Positions 37,471 through 49,992 of a DNA stretch of 64,000 nucleotides are shown here, piece by piece. A model generated the notes under the pieces. That model searched no databases. It had not been told where the DNA came from and saw only the letters and a list, made by a program, of their open reading frames with translations. The DNA comes from Chiloscyllium plagiosum (taxonomy: Eukaryota): NCBI RefSeq assembly GCF_004010195.1, contig NC_057719.1, forward strand, positions 57,515,023-57,579,022, in the 5' to 3' direction. Numbering within the stretch: position 1 is the first letter of the stretch; every line of letters starts with the position of its first letter. The position numbers and the translations under genes were made by a program.

Positions 37471-39639
37471 GATCCACTTGGGCATCATGGTATGATCTCA
37501 ATAATTGCCTCATTAAAACAAACCACATATTTCTAAAATCAAAATTAAAGGGCTTTAGACATTGGTATTAAAGCACCTTCTGGCTTCACAATAAAACTGC
37601 CAGCCACCATCTTCTAATCCCCTCATTCCACTTAATTTCATTCTGTCCAAATTCCAGGTTGCTCCAGTCCTTCTATCCTCATTGAATGACATCTTATGCA
37701 TGACCAGTGAACCTGCTGTCAGAGCATGACTGGCGATCACAGCATGCCTCTTTAAACAGTCCAGCAAGAGGACCAATTGTTTTTGGTTTCTTGCTCATCA
37801 GAATCATTTCCGGGTTTGGTGCTGGAATTGCACCCAGTTTCTCGGCCAAGTAGACTGCAATTAAAATAAGGAACCATATTCACTGAGATGTTGTGTTAAG
37901 TAATAATGCTTGACAATAAATGAGGAACAGTTATTTGAATGAGTCATATGTGCCTGTAGAACTATAACCAAAGAAATTAATGCTTTTGTGGGAATAATGG
38001 AAGAGGTGAGGAAATTGTTTTGCTTCATTATTTATAATTCTAACCACTATCTTTATGGCTCAGGTATTTCTACCTCAATTTTGCTTCTGAAATCAAACAT
38101 AAAAGGAAGAAAACCTGCACTGCATATCAAATAGTTGAGTTTAGAATAGGATGCTAGAAATAAATCAAACTTCCTAAATTGTTTGCTATGTGCAAACCTG
38201 ATATGACCATTTCTAATCTTTTACAACATCTACTTCACCAACATAAAACAAAGTTACACAATTACATCTGAACTTTTTCATACATACAAATAATGTATTA
38301 ATTTGATTTTTATTAAGGCTATGTGGCATATCATCTACAAAATGCTACACAGAGCTGAAATGTCACTCACTTATTAAAACAGGTAAAAGCCCAAATAGGT
38401 TATTCTGTCCTGAAGGCATTTTGTTCAAATGCTTCTTTTGGTTGGTGTCTGTAAATAAGCTGAATATTTAATGCATCTCATAGCTGTAATGGGCTGCTAT
38501 ACCATCACCTGCAGTCTTCTTATTGATAATAGTGCAATGGTCAACAATAAAAGAAAAACAAGGGTCAAGTTGAAAGGTCCTTGAGAGGGAAATTAAAATA
38601 AAAAAGATGTTGAAACAATAAAAAGAAATCAGCAAATGTCTAAACCTGCCAGTGGCAAAGTCTGCTGCATAAAGCCAAAGCATAATTAGGCATACACCTA
38701 CAGTAATTTTCCGGTGCCATACAAAATCTTGTCTAAAATCAGAAATTGCTATTTTTAAACATTTATTCCACCAAATGCTTGCTAATTGCTGCAACGGTCA
38801 TTACATAATGAATAATTTTCACTCAGAAAAAGAAAGAAGGGAACATTTTCTCTTTTTATTCCACCGGGAAGCTCTATTCAGTGAATGTTGAATGCACAGC
38901 GTTTCACTGAAACATTTATTATGCTGAGAGGTCAAGTATTACACAGCATCTTGTATTATGCTTTGCATGCTAAGTATTTCACTTCGCCAATTGACCCTTC
39001 GGTGTACTTTGCTATACAACTGGCTAAAATGCAGGACAATTAGCAACACTTTTGTTACCAGTTAACAATCAGAACTGTCAAGGCAAGTGATTGCATTTAC
39101 AGTACTTTTTCACAAAATTGCTGATTGACATATTCAGCTAGCTAAAAACCACATGGCACCAACAGGTATAAGGAGCTTCCTACGAATAATCTTTGAATGT
39201 TCATACAAAATAAACATGGCTGAATAATGTCCAAGTTAGAAGGCAAACTGCACATTTTAGCTAATCTCACAAATTTTAAGAAAAGACAAATTATACGCTT
39301 TGAAAGCATTTGGGCAGTTTAACTTTAATTTACTTTTGTTGTGATATTATATAATCGAATATTTTAGTTTCATTTTTAATTGAAGGGTTACTCAAAGACT
39401 AATATTTTCTTGTAATATTTTTTAAACTGAACACCACATGAATATATTTATATCATACAAAGCATACAAACTAAAAAAATATCAACACTTGTTACCATTT
39501 TTGTGTAGCTTTGAATAAGGCATTGGAACTCAGGATTTGCTAAATGCTATATCGCCCATTATCTGCTCAGTTGGTCTCCCAGCTATCCATTTGCTAGGAT
39601 AAATTATTTTATCACAATATCCTCGACCTCAAAGGTTAT

Positions 39640-40523
39640 AGTTTCATAGAGATGTACAGCATGGAAACAGACCCATTGGTCCAACTTATCCATGCCAACC
39701 AGATATCCCAACCCAATCTAGTCCCACTTGCCAACACCCAGCCCATATTCCTCCAAACCCTTCCTATATGTACACCCATCCAGATGCCTTAATGTTGCAA
39801 TTGTACTAGCCTCCACCACTTCCTCTGGCAGCTCGTTCCATACATACCACCCTCTGCACGAAAAACTTGCTCCTTACGTCTCTTTTATATCTTTCTCCTC
39901 TCACCCTAAACCTATGTCCTCCAGTTCTGGACTCCCCTACCCCAGGGAAAAGACTTTGCCTATTTATCCTATCCATGCTTCTCATAATTTTAATAACCTC
40001 TATAAGATCACCCCTCAGCCTCAGATGCTCCAAGGAAAACAGCCCCAGTCTATTCAACCTCTCCCTGTAGCTCAAGTCCTCCAATCCTGGCAACATCCTT
40101 ATAAATCGTTTCTGAACCATTTCAAATTTCAGAACAGCCTTCTTCACTATCCTTTCTACTTGCGACTCCACTTTCAAGGAGCTATGAACTTGCACTCCAA
40201 GATCTCTTTGTTCAGCAACACTCCCTAGGACCTTACCATTAAGTATATAAGTCCTGTTGAGATTTGCTTTCCCAAAATGCAGCACAGGTTAGGTCTCATG
40301 GAATACAGGGAGAATTAGCCATTTGGATACAGTTCTGGCTCAAAGGTAGAAGACAGAGGGTGGTGGTGGAAGGTTGTTTTTCAGACTGGAGGCCTGTGAC
40401 CAGTGGAGTGCCATAAGGTTCGGTGCTGGGTCCATTATTTTTTGTAATTTATATAAATGATTTGGATGTGAGCATGAGAGGTATAGTTAGTAAGTTTGCA
40501 GATGACACCAAAATTGGAGGTGT
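39640..40523 (-). mobile_element. HER1/CR1 LINE with internal deletion and inverted 5' segment (40287-40523 on +)
   Basis: Minus ORF 39806-40285 (LHFGKAN...EQRDLGVQVHSSLK...RLRGDLIEV) abuts a plus-strand RT segment VRSHGIQGELAIWIQ...GSVLGPLFFVIYINDLD...SKFADDTKIGGV. Confidence 0.9.
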
Positions 40524-40909
40524 ATCTACTGTTGTCAACAGTAAAAACATGTTATTATACTGTACTCTACGTTGACTAAGCTAATTAAAATTTCAATAGT
40601 TTGCACAATATTCACAGACAAGCTTTTGTAAACTCTGATATTAGTAATCTTGGTAACTCATGAAAGGCATATAACATCAATAAAATATATCATTTCCTGG
40701 TTTTAAACAATATGAACAGCAAACAGATCAATTAAGTAGCAAATGAAAATGTATACATGAATAATAATGAAACCTTTATATTTTACGATTATCTATTTCC
40801 CATTCGTTAACACTTCAGGGATGCACAGAAGAAACCAAAGCAGACACAATTTTATTTCAAACAATATCAGGAGACAACATCCTTCTCTCAGTATTTCACC
40901 CTCAATTTT

Positions 40910-41250
40910 TTTTTCTCTTTATTCACTAACAGGATGAGGGCATCACTGGCCAGGCAGAATTTATTGCCCATCCCTAATTGCCCAGAGGGCAGTTAAGAGT
41001 CAACCACATTGCTGTCAGCCTGGAGTCACATGTAGACCAGACTATGTAAGGATGGCAGTTTCCTTCCCTAAAGGACATTAGTGAACAGGATGAGTTTTTC
41101 CAACAATTGTCAATGGATTCATGGTCATCATTAGATTCTTTAATTCCAGACATTTATTGAATTCAAATTCCACCATTTGCCATGGTGGGATTCGAACCCA
41201 GGTCCCTAGAACATTATCTGGGTCTCTGAGTTAACTAGGTCATTGCCTCC
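40910..41250 (-). mobile_element. tRNA-derived SINE whose 3' tail matches the second LINE family
   Basis: B-box GGTTCGAATCC on the minus strand (~41187-41199). The 3' tail GGCAATTAGGGATGGGCAATAAA is shared with 37420-37460. A second copy lies at 54560. Confidence 0.8.
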
Positions 41251-41669
41251 CTTTATGAAAACTGCATTTAAATATAAAGAAATAATTCTGTTAAAAGGAA
41301 ACAATACCCAAAAACAAATCAATTTGAATCCTATACACTGCATTCATTTTTATTAATTGATTAATGTCAACTATAATTTTTGACTAAATACCACCATTTC
41401 CTTCCAACTATACACTGCATTATATTTAAAGAATAAATATCACTGCTCATATTCTGCCCTATGTTCCATCTGGCTGGCACATTCAGTTGTCTAACTTTAG
41501 GTCTTCCACTAAAACAATACAAACGAACGGTAAAATAATGCAGTAGTATTAGTAATAACACAAGTATTTTATCTTAAAGCATACTGAAACCTACAGTCAC
41601 ACAAGTAATATGGTTTACTTACTATTCAACAAACATTGTTGTTAAAATGGCTACTTGTTAAAAAAAAAT

Positions 41670-43745
41670 TAATTCAGGAAATATGGGTTTTGATGACTGG
41701 AACTGCATTTACTACCCAACCCTAGTTTCCCTTGAGAAGGTACTAACGCACTGTTCTTGAACTGCTGCAATGTATTTGGTGCAAGTACACTCACAGTGCT
41801 GTCGGGGAGGGAGTTCCAGGATTTTGACTTCGCAACAGTGAAGGAATGGCGATATATTTCCACATCAGAATCATTAGTGTCTTGGAGGAAAACAGGCAGG
41901 TGGTGGCATTCCCATATAATTGCTGTTCTTGTCCTTCAAAACAGAACTTATTGAGTGTTTGGGAAGTACTGCCTAAGAAGCCTCAGTGAATTTGCACAGC
42001 ACAGAGTCAGAGTCATATTCATACAACATGGAAACAGACCCTTCTGTCCAACTTGTCCACACCCAATCAGACATCCCAATCTCTTGCAGATGACTCGCAT
42101 TGCTGCCATTTTGTGGATGCCATTTCTGTCACTGACGCAGGAACTGAATATTTGTGGAGGTGATGCCAAGCGTGTTAGTGATGGTGTCAAAGTTCTTGAG
42201 CATTTTTGGAGTTGCACACAACCAATATCCCATCATCTCCTGACTTGTACCTTTTTACATATGGCACAGTCATTAGGGAGTCAGAAGATGAATTACTTGC
42301 TGCAGGATTCCTAGCCTCTGACCTACTTGTGTAGCCACAGTATTTACCATGGCTGCTCAGGTCCAGTTTCAGCTCAATAGTTGATGTTGATAGTTGGTGA
42401 TGGCGTGCTACATTGAATGACAAGTGTCGATGGTTACATTCCCCTTTGATGTTCATTGCCTGATACTTATTTGATGCAAATGTTACTTGCCACATGTCAG
42501 CCCAAGACTCAAAGTTGTTCAAGTCTTGCGACATTTGGACTTGGACTGCTTCAGCCTCTGAGGAATCATGAATGATGCTGAACATTGAGCAAACTTCCGC
42601 AAACATCCCCACTTCTGACCTTATGATGGAGGGAAGGCAATTGATAATGCAGCTGAAGATGGTTGGGCCTAAGACACTACCCTAAGGGACTGCTGCAGTG
42701 GTGTCCCAGAGCTGAGAGGTCTGACCTTCAACAACTACCAACATTTTCCTCTATGCTAGATTTGACTTCAAACAGTGAAGTGTTTGTCCATGATTTCAAT
42801 TGACTCTACATTTGCAAGGGTTCCTTGATGCCACACTTGGTCACAAGCCACCATGATGTCAAGGGCTGTCATGCTCACCTCATCTCTGGAATTCAGCTGT
42901 TCTGTCAGTGTTTTAACCAGGACTGTAATGAGGTCAGGAGCTAAGTCATTCTGATAGAATTCAAACTGAGCATCAATGAGAAGGTTGGTGCTAAACAAAT
43001 GTTTGATAGCACTGCTGATTCCTCCTTCTATAATTTTACTAATGGTCAAGAGTAGATTGGTAGAAACAAGGTTGGCCAGGCTGGATTTGTTCTGCATTTT
43101 GTGTAGAGGGTATACCTGGGCAATTGTCCACACTGCCAAGTGGATGTCAGTGTTGTCACTGTACTGGAACAGCCAGAATATTATCAAGATCCATAGCCTT
43201 GTAGCATCCAGTGCTTTTAGCCATTTCTTGATATCACATGCAGTGAATCGAACTGGCTGAAGACTGGCATCTGAAACGCTGGAGATCCCTGAAGGAGGTC
43301 AAAATAGATCAGCCACTTGTCATTTCTCACTGAAAATTATTCAGCCTTACCTCTGCACATCATTGAGAATGGGGATATTTGTCAAGTTTACTCCTCCAGG
43401 GAGTTGTTTAATTGTCCAACATGATTCACAACTGGATGTAGCAGGACTGCAAGCTTAGATTTCATCTGTTGATTGTGGAATTGTTAACCATTTGTTACTT
43501 ATGCTGTTTATGCACGTAGTCCTGTTTGTGACTTCACTAGGTTGGCATTTCATTTTCAGATGTACTTGGTGTTGCACCTGGCATGCCATCCTGCACACTT
43601 CTTTGAACAACGGTCGATTCCCTGGCTTGATGGTAATGGTATAGTAATGAGATAAACTAGACCACATGTTTACAGATTTTCAGTACAATTTTACTGCTAT
43701 CCGATGACCTATATCATCTCATGGATGCTCAGTCCTGAGTTACTC
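41670..43745 (-). mobile_element. Second LINE family (CR1/L2-superclade), decayed ORF2 with RT domain
   Basis: ORF 42768-43187 (WTIAQVYPLHK...DAQFEFYQN...TALDIMVACDQVWHQG) and ORF 42187-42612 (MFAEVC...QDLNNFESWADMWQVTF) correspond to RT motifs QFGFR, LDIxxAFDxVWH and FADD. A ~90-bp CR1 tail is nested at ~42000-42082. Confidence 0.88.
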
Positions 43746-43935
43746 GTTCAGCCAAAATTATTTTGGAAAGAACAAATAAAACATTACATTAAACACAAAG
43801 CTCTAAAATCAGTTCCAAAAATGAAAATTCTGAAAAGGTGTTGACATAAATCATAACATGCATCCACAGAAGCTCCTCCTCTACTCAACTATCACTACAT
43901 AATCGGACTGTCTAAAGGAATACTTTATATCAATG

Positions 43936-44231
43936 TTGTGGTTCTGCTCACCAAGCTGGGAATTTGTGTTGCAGATGTTTCGTCCCGTGTGTAGGTGACA
44001 TCCTCAGTGCTTGGGAGCCTCCTGTGAAGCGCTTCTGTGGTGTTTCCTCCGGCATTTATAGTGGTATATAAATGCCAGAGGAAACACCACAGAAGCGTTT
44101 CACAGGAGGCTCCCAAGCACTGAGGATGTCACCTAGACAGGGGACGAAACATCTGCAACACAAATTCCCAGCTCGGCGAACAGAACCACAACAACGAGCA
44201 CCCGAGCTACAAATCTTCTCACAAACTTTGA
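43936..44231. mobile_element. Palindromic PLE-derived insertion (different family) with 14-bp TSD and hammerhead cores on both arms
   Basis: ~125-bp inverted arms around TATAGTGGTATATA. ACTTTATATCAATG is duplicated at 43922-43935 and 44232-44245. GCA-CTGAGGA-T-GTCACCT-AGAC-AGGGGAC-GAAAC-ATC-TGC lies at 44117-44156. Confidence 0.88.
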
Positions 44232-45159
44232 ACTTTATATCAATGCTTCCTTCCCATGCAGAAACAGAATGATGAGCTCCCTGCATCCAATGTAGACATT
44301 TGCTGTGTATACCCCAGTCAAAAGTGGAATGTACTGATGTATATGTTTTTAAATGAATTAAGCTAACTTCGGAGATAATCTTCTGTGAGGTGGTTGGATT
44401 GAGTACATTCAGGAGAATTCATTTTAAGATAGAATATTGATTTTCATAAAATCTATTAGAAAGTGAAAGTGATTTGTTTTACTCTAATAGTTAGGGTTGA
44501 ACTTGGTCTATGTCAGCTTTACAAAACAGGCTTGTAAAGAATCAACAGCTGATTTCCTATGTCAATTCACACTTTCTAATGGCTTAGAAATTAATGCCAA
44601 TATCTTTCATATGAAACCAAAAACCAAAACCAAAAATAGGAGTGAGAATATGATGGAGTCTAAAAAAGATGTTTGTTCTGAGTTCTTTAATGGAAAAAGA
44701 CAGGTCAGGGTTAAAAATTATTGTCAATTCATTCAGAGCCTGTTTTATCCTGCCGACATAGACAAGTTTAATCTGCTGAATATCTCCAGCATTCTCTGTT
44801 TTTGCTTCAAATTTCCAGTATTTGCAATGCTCTGCTTTAAAATTCTCTATATTGGTACACTTATAAATACTTAATTTGTAATGCCAATGGTATTAAATAC
44901 CATTCTCTGCTTACAATTCCATGTTCATGTACTTTATTACTAGGTACATGAATTCTAGTGAGTTTGTTTTTGCTGAAATAATGGAACTGACTGGTTTTTA
45001 AAAGAGTAATGAATGATAAAAATTTTAACACTTGAAAAATTCTGTATTTTAACCACCATGAACTGCTCAAATTTATACAAATTATGGTTGACTTTTATCA
45101 ATGTAGTTTTTTGCATTTACATTTAGAATTTACATTTAGATAAAAGTGCCAATTTGAAA

Positions 45160-45490
45160 TAGCTAGTAATACCCTTGTCTGAGTCAGAAAATTTTTTGTC
45201 AAATTTTTGCAGAATCAAGCAGTTCCTAATATGATACTTCTGTGGAATGCAATTATTTGAGTGAGATTAAAACTAAAATCCTGTATACCTATTAAGGTGG
45301 ATGTTAATTAGACATATTTTGAAACAGCACATTCTCTGGCCATTTTCTGTCAATCCACATCAAAACAGCAACTGACCATTTATTTTCTGGAATTTCACCA
45401 TACAAACAGTGCCTGCTATGGCTGCCACACTCAAATATTATTCATTTGATAAGAGTGATTTTTCATATCCTGAAAATAAAACCTGTTCAT
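45160..45490 (+). mobile_element. Decayed Deu-core SINE
   Basis: TCTGAGTCAGAA head, GTGAGATTAAAAC...AGGTGGATGT core, and tail ATCCTGAAA. Confidence 0.5.
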
Positions 45491-48400
45491 GTGCAATGTT
45501 CTCCTTTTGAATGTGGATATGGAGTATGATAGTTATATAATTCACATTGTCATGATATATAGTTTTATCCTTGCAATATGAGCAATTTTGTTTACTGATT
45601 TCCATAATTTTAAACAGTCACTTCCTAATGTATAGAACTGTACAATATACAATTTTAGAACATTATTCTGATGTTCAATACGTGCACTGATGAACATAGA
45701 ACTTATAATTTATAATTATTAGGTTCACCTTGCAGTTTAATATACTCAGATTAACTTCACTATGGATGATGTGCAATATGAAGTTATCTCTCTCGAATAC
45801 TCTGATTAAGTGCCTTAACTTAGAAAAGCAGCCCAGTCATATTGATCAATCCAACTATGCAATTAATCATGGGATTTCACAAAGATTGGCCTTGAATTTG
45901 CAGTGAAAATAATGATGAGGGATTCACTGTTATAAAGGAAGCAATATTTAAGGTAACTGTTAATCCAGAAATCCAAAAGATGCTATCAGAGATACCTTGC
46001 TTCTCCACATGGTGCACTATTGCAGCTCTCACCAACAGACTGGACATTGAAATGACCGCTTATGACAAACACTGCACTCAAAATGTTAACTCTTTCTTCC
46101 TCCACAGATGCTGCCAGATCTGCTGAGTTTCTCCATCACTTTGTTTTTATTTCAGATTTCCAGTATCCAGCGTATTTTGCTTGAAATCAAATAGACAATC
46201 TTTTTCTCACAAATCCTTTGACATTCAATGTAACTTAAGTTCTAAGTTATAATGAACCTAATATGTTCAACAATTGAGAAAACATATTTCTGCCAACCTA
46301 ATATTCTTCCTGATTATCAGTAAAAACTTTGTACAGTGGTCCTTCAAAATGGTTAGCACACCCCTCAGATTAACTCTTTTCTCAACATCTATGATATACT
46401 GACATTTATTTAAAACAGTAATTTAACATTTTTAGCATTAAAGGAATTTTTATAACACTAAGTTTGTGGATTAATGAAAAATGGAATTGTGTTGGCTCTT
46501 GGTGTATGTTCACCTATACCAACAGCCATGGTGTGCATTGAGCTGAATCCTGTGATGTGTACACCTCTCCCTTACTTGAGTGGGCTATTTATATACAAGA
46601 ATAAAAAGCCCACTGTGCTTTGACTATGCCATATTTAGTTAGGAAATGCATAGTGCAACAGAACAGCAATTCTCAAATAATGTAATCACATAAAGAAAAG
46701 GGAAACTGTAACAGCAGGAATGTGTAAAAATGGTTAAAATGTTGATAATGGCCCTCTTTGATGTTGTGATTTGAAGGTTTTAGGAGGTGCACCAAAGGAG
46801 ATTGGCTCTATTTAAAACTGAAGATTACTCTCTGGCAACCATCCACAAATCCAGCTGAATGCAAAAAACTCAGCAGCCAAGTCAGAGCTGTTACCCAGGT
46901 CATTTGCACCTGTCTACATTGAGCAAGATGGTCGCTGGTGTCAACAGCAAAGAAAGCATGGTGTTCAGTTTTACAAACATATTTTGTGAAACCCATCAAC
47001 CATGATACAAGTCTAAGTTAGGAACACTTTTGTTGTGCCAAATCTATATGCCATACTTTACCACAAGATCAGGGTGGCAGCTACAGAACAAGTAAATAAT
47101 TCTGAGGCATCCAGCCAAGTGCTCCTTGCTGTTAGTGGAGATTCTCAGCCTATCAGTAACCTTGGTTGCCAATGGTTGTTTTGTCCTAAGAACTATCCAC
47201 TTAATTAGGTTTTTTTCAAATGACATGAGCACAGTAGAACACCACACAACAAACACATCATCTCTACTACCTGGGTACAGCAACTTGTATTTAATGTATT
47301 GCATTTAATGATTGTTCTGTGATCAAATGTCACCTCAGATAAATAAGTGCAAGATTCTTCAGCTTATGAAAGCCACAATAGTTATTTAGAATCTTGATAC
47401 CCATTGTTCCATCTATTGTGCTGCACTTGTGGGAACCCTGCCATGTGCCACATAAACTGTGTAACCTGCTCAGATGATATTGCTTTTCTTCAGGAAGGAT
47501 GAATGAAAGTGATACCACTTACCATTTAGTTGATACGTGCACGCATTGCAAGCTGTCTAATGTGCCGTTGACTCCTGGGTGGCTTCAAATGATAGAAAAG
47601 CATAAAAGCTTCATGCTGTGGTAATTTTCACTTCTAAAGAAATAACCAACCCTAAGCTAGATGTTGTCTTCAGAAAATTGTGCAGATGTGATGAAGGATC
47701 ATCCTACAACACGTACTTTTTCCCTCAAATCTTCCACAAAAATACTCCTTGGAATGATAGACTGCCCATGGTTACACATCTGAAAAGAAAATTTAAACTA
47801 TAGACTTGAAATCACTGTTTCTTCAGTCACCCAGGAATAACTGAACACTGAATATGTTATAAAACTATATTTGCAAATGTATTAAACAACTTTGTGTTTC
47901 TTCAAAGCAAGGCAATGGGCACCATAACAATATTATAATGATCAGTATATACTACAATATCTTGTGCTTGCAGAAGTCCTCTCCAAATAACTCAAGATAT
48001 TTTATAAGTTTATGGTAAGATATTTTTTGAACCATTTAATTTGTTGCTGAAGTAAAGAGAGTTTGGAAAAGTCATGCTTTGGTGATCAGATGTACAAGGC
48101 TGGGGTACAAGAACACTCCAGAACTTTAGTAAATGATAACACATGAAAATGTCAACTAAGGTACATTCAAGAATCCTAACTTGCATGAGAATATTATTTC
48201 AAAAAGGAGAGACAACAAACAGAGATCAGGCTGATCACCATTCTTTCCTCAACCAACAATACCATGAGACACATTGTCTGTCATTTATCTCATTACTTTT
48301 GTGTATTTTGCTAAGGAAAAAAATGGCTGTTCTTTTTTAACTTTGTGACAATTGAAAATAACTCACTCAAGATTTGATGCTTTGGGATATCCTGTGAGGT

Positions 48401-48711
48401 TAAGCATGTGTAATACAAACAGAAAATCACCATTCCCTTCAGTGTTTTGCCAACAAACAAATTAATGGAGAGAATACGGAGATTTTTACATCAGGAGAAT
48501 GAATGTAGTAACCCAAGATCATGATAACAATGCTGACAATAAGGTCATATTTAAACATATTTATACAGCTTACAGATGTCTATTAAGCATCTTGAGGCTA
48601 AAGATCCAGTAATCCAGAGACTGAGAGATCAAATCCAAAATCTGGTAACTTGAGGGGTTAATGCAGTTAAAATAGGCAGAATCTTCCCCTTCTGAGACAA
48701 GTCTGGAAAAG

Positions 48712-48778
48712 GTGGGATGTGTGTGTGGTGGTGGTGGGGGGGTGTGGGGCGGGGGGGGGGGGGGGGGGGGGAGAGAGA
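48712..48778. repeat. GT/poly-G low-complexity tract
   Basis: Direct observation of a ~21-nt G run preceded by GGT/GT repeats. Confidence 0.95.
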
Positions 48779-49371
48779 CTGCAGGGAAGAGACAATTGGA
48801 CAGGTTGGCAATGGGAAGAATCCTGTCACTTTCCAGCAACCATAGCAAGTGGGTGTTGAGTGGAAGACCCAAGTGCCACCTTTCCCTCCCTGCTGCCAAT
48901 TGAAGCATTTAGGTGATTAATGGATGAACATTTATGGGGCTCTTCATGTCACTGTCACAATTAGCTCTGTTTCTAGGAGGTGAAAGCAGTGGCAGCTGTC
49001 TCAACAGGTAAAACAGGGCAGCTTGCCTGACAGACTGGGGTGCGTGCACCAATTTTGGGATGATTCGGGACATGGATAGGGTTCAGTCGACATAGAAAGC
49101 CATCTCCCTACCCTCTTCTTATGCTCCCACCCATCCAAAAATAGCACATCTCACTGCTCCCAGATTTCAGTATGTCACATCGTGGCCAAGAGCTTTAAAG
49201 TTACAATAAGAATGTGATCCAGAAAAAAAGTCAACCTGTGTGCCTGACAGGCTCAAACTTTATCTTCAAGCCTAGACACTTCTTTTTCCCCAAGATTATC
49301 TTATTTCAAAATCATTATGGCTTATCATACATTGGGTACAGAGGTTGTGGCAGTGAGATTTTGTGCACAAG

Positions 49372-49852
49372 TAGAGTCATAGAGATGTACAGCATGGAAA
49401 CAGACCCTTCGGTCCAATTCGTCCGTGACGACCAGATATCCCAACCCAATCTAGTCCTACCTGCCAGCACCCGGGCCATGTCCCTCCAAACCCTTCCTAT
49501 TCATATACCAATCCAAATGCCTCTTAAATGCTGCAATTGTACCGGCCTTCACCACTTCCTCTGGCAGCTCATTCCATACACGTACCACCCTGTGTGAAAA
49601 AGTTGTCCCTTAGGTCCCTTTTATATCTTTCCCCTCTCAACTTAAATCTATGCTCTCTAGTTTTAGACTCCATCACCCTGAGAAAAAGACCTGGGTGATT
49701 CACCCTATCTAAGCCTCTCATTATTTGGTCACCCCTTAGCCTCTTTCTATAGGTCAAACTCTCTGGTCTTGACAACATCCTTGTAAATCTCTCGGAATCC
49801 TTTCAGGTTTAACAACACCTTTCATATAGCAGAGAGACCAGAACTGAATACA
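49372..49852 (-). mobile_element. HER1/CR1 3' fragment
   Basis: Tail AGAGTCATAGAGATGTACAGCATGGAAACAGACCC and ORF 49569-49778 (HRFKLRGERYKRDLRDNFFTQ). Confidence 0.92.
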
Positions 49853-49992
49853 GCTTACATTTACTGAAACTTTTTGTAGGAAAAGACCAACAGTCAAAGG
49901 CAAGGTATTATTTTAGAGTCAAAATTTTTGGACGGAGATATAATATGTGTCCTATTAGATCAAACCCATTCAGTGAATAGGTAACAACTTAG

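Noticed and set aside
43925..44286. Overlapping ORFs, and a possible pre-miRNA or terminator hairpin
   Set aside because: Explained by the TSD-flanked palindromic PLE insertion
48570..48908. Poly-Pro/poly-Gly ORFs
   Set aside because: They arise from the poly-G low-complexity tract. G-quadruplex potential alone is not evidence of function
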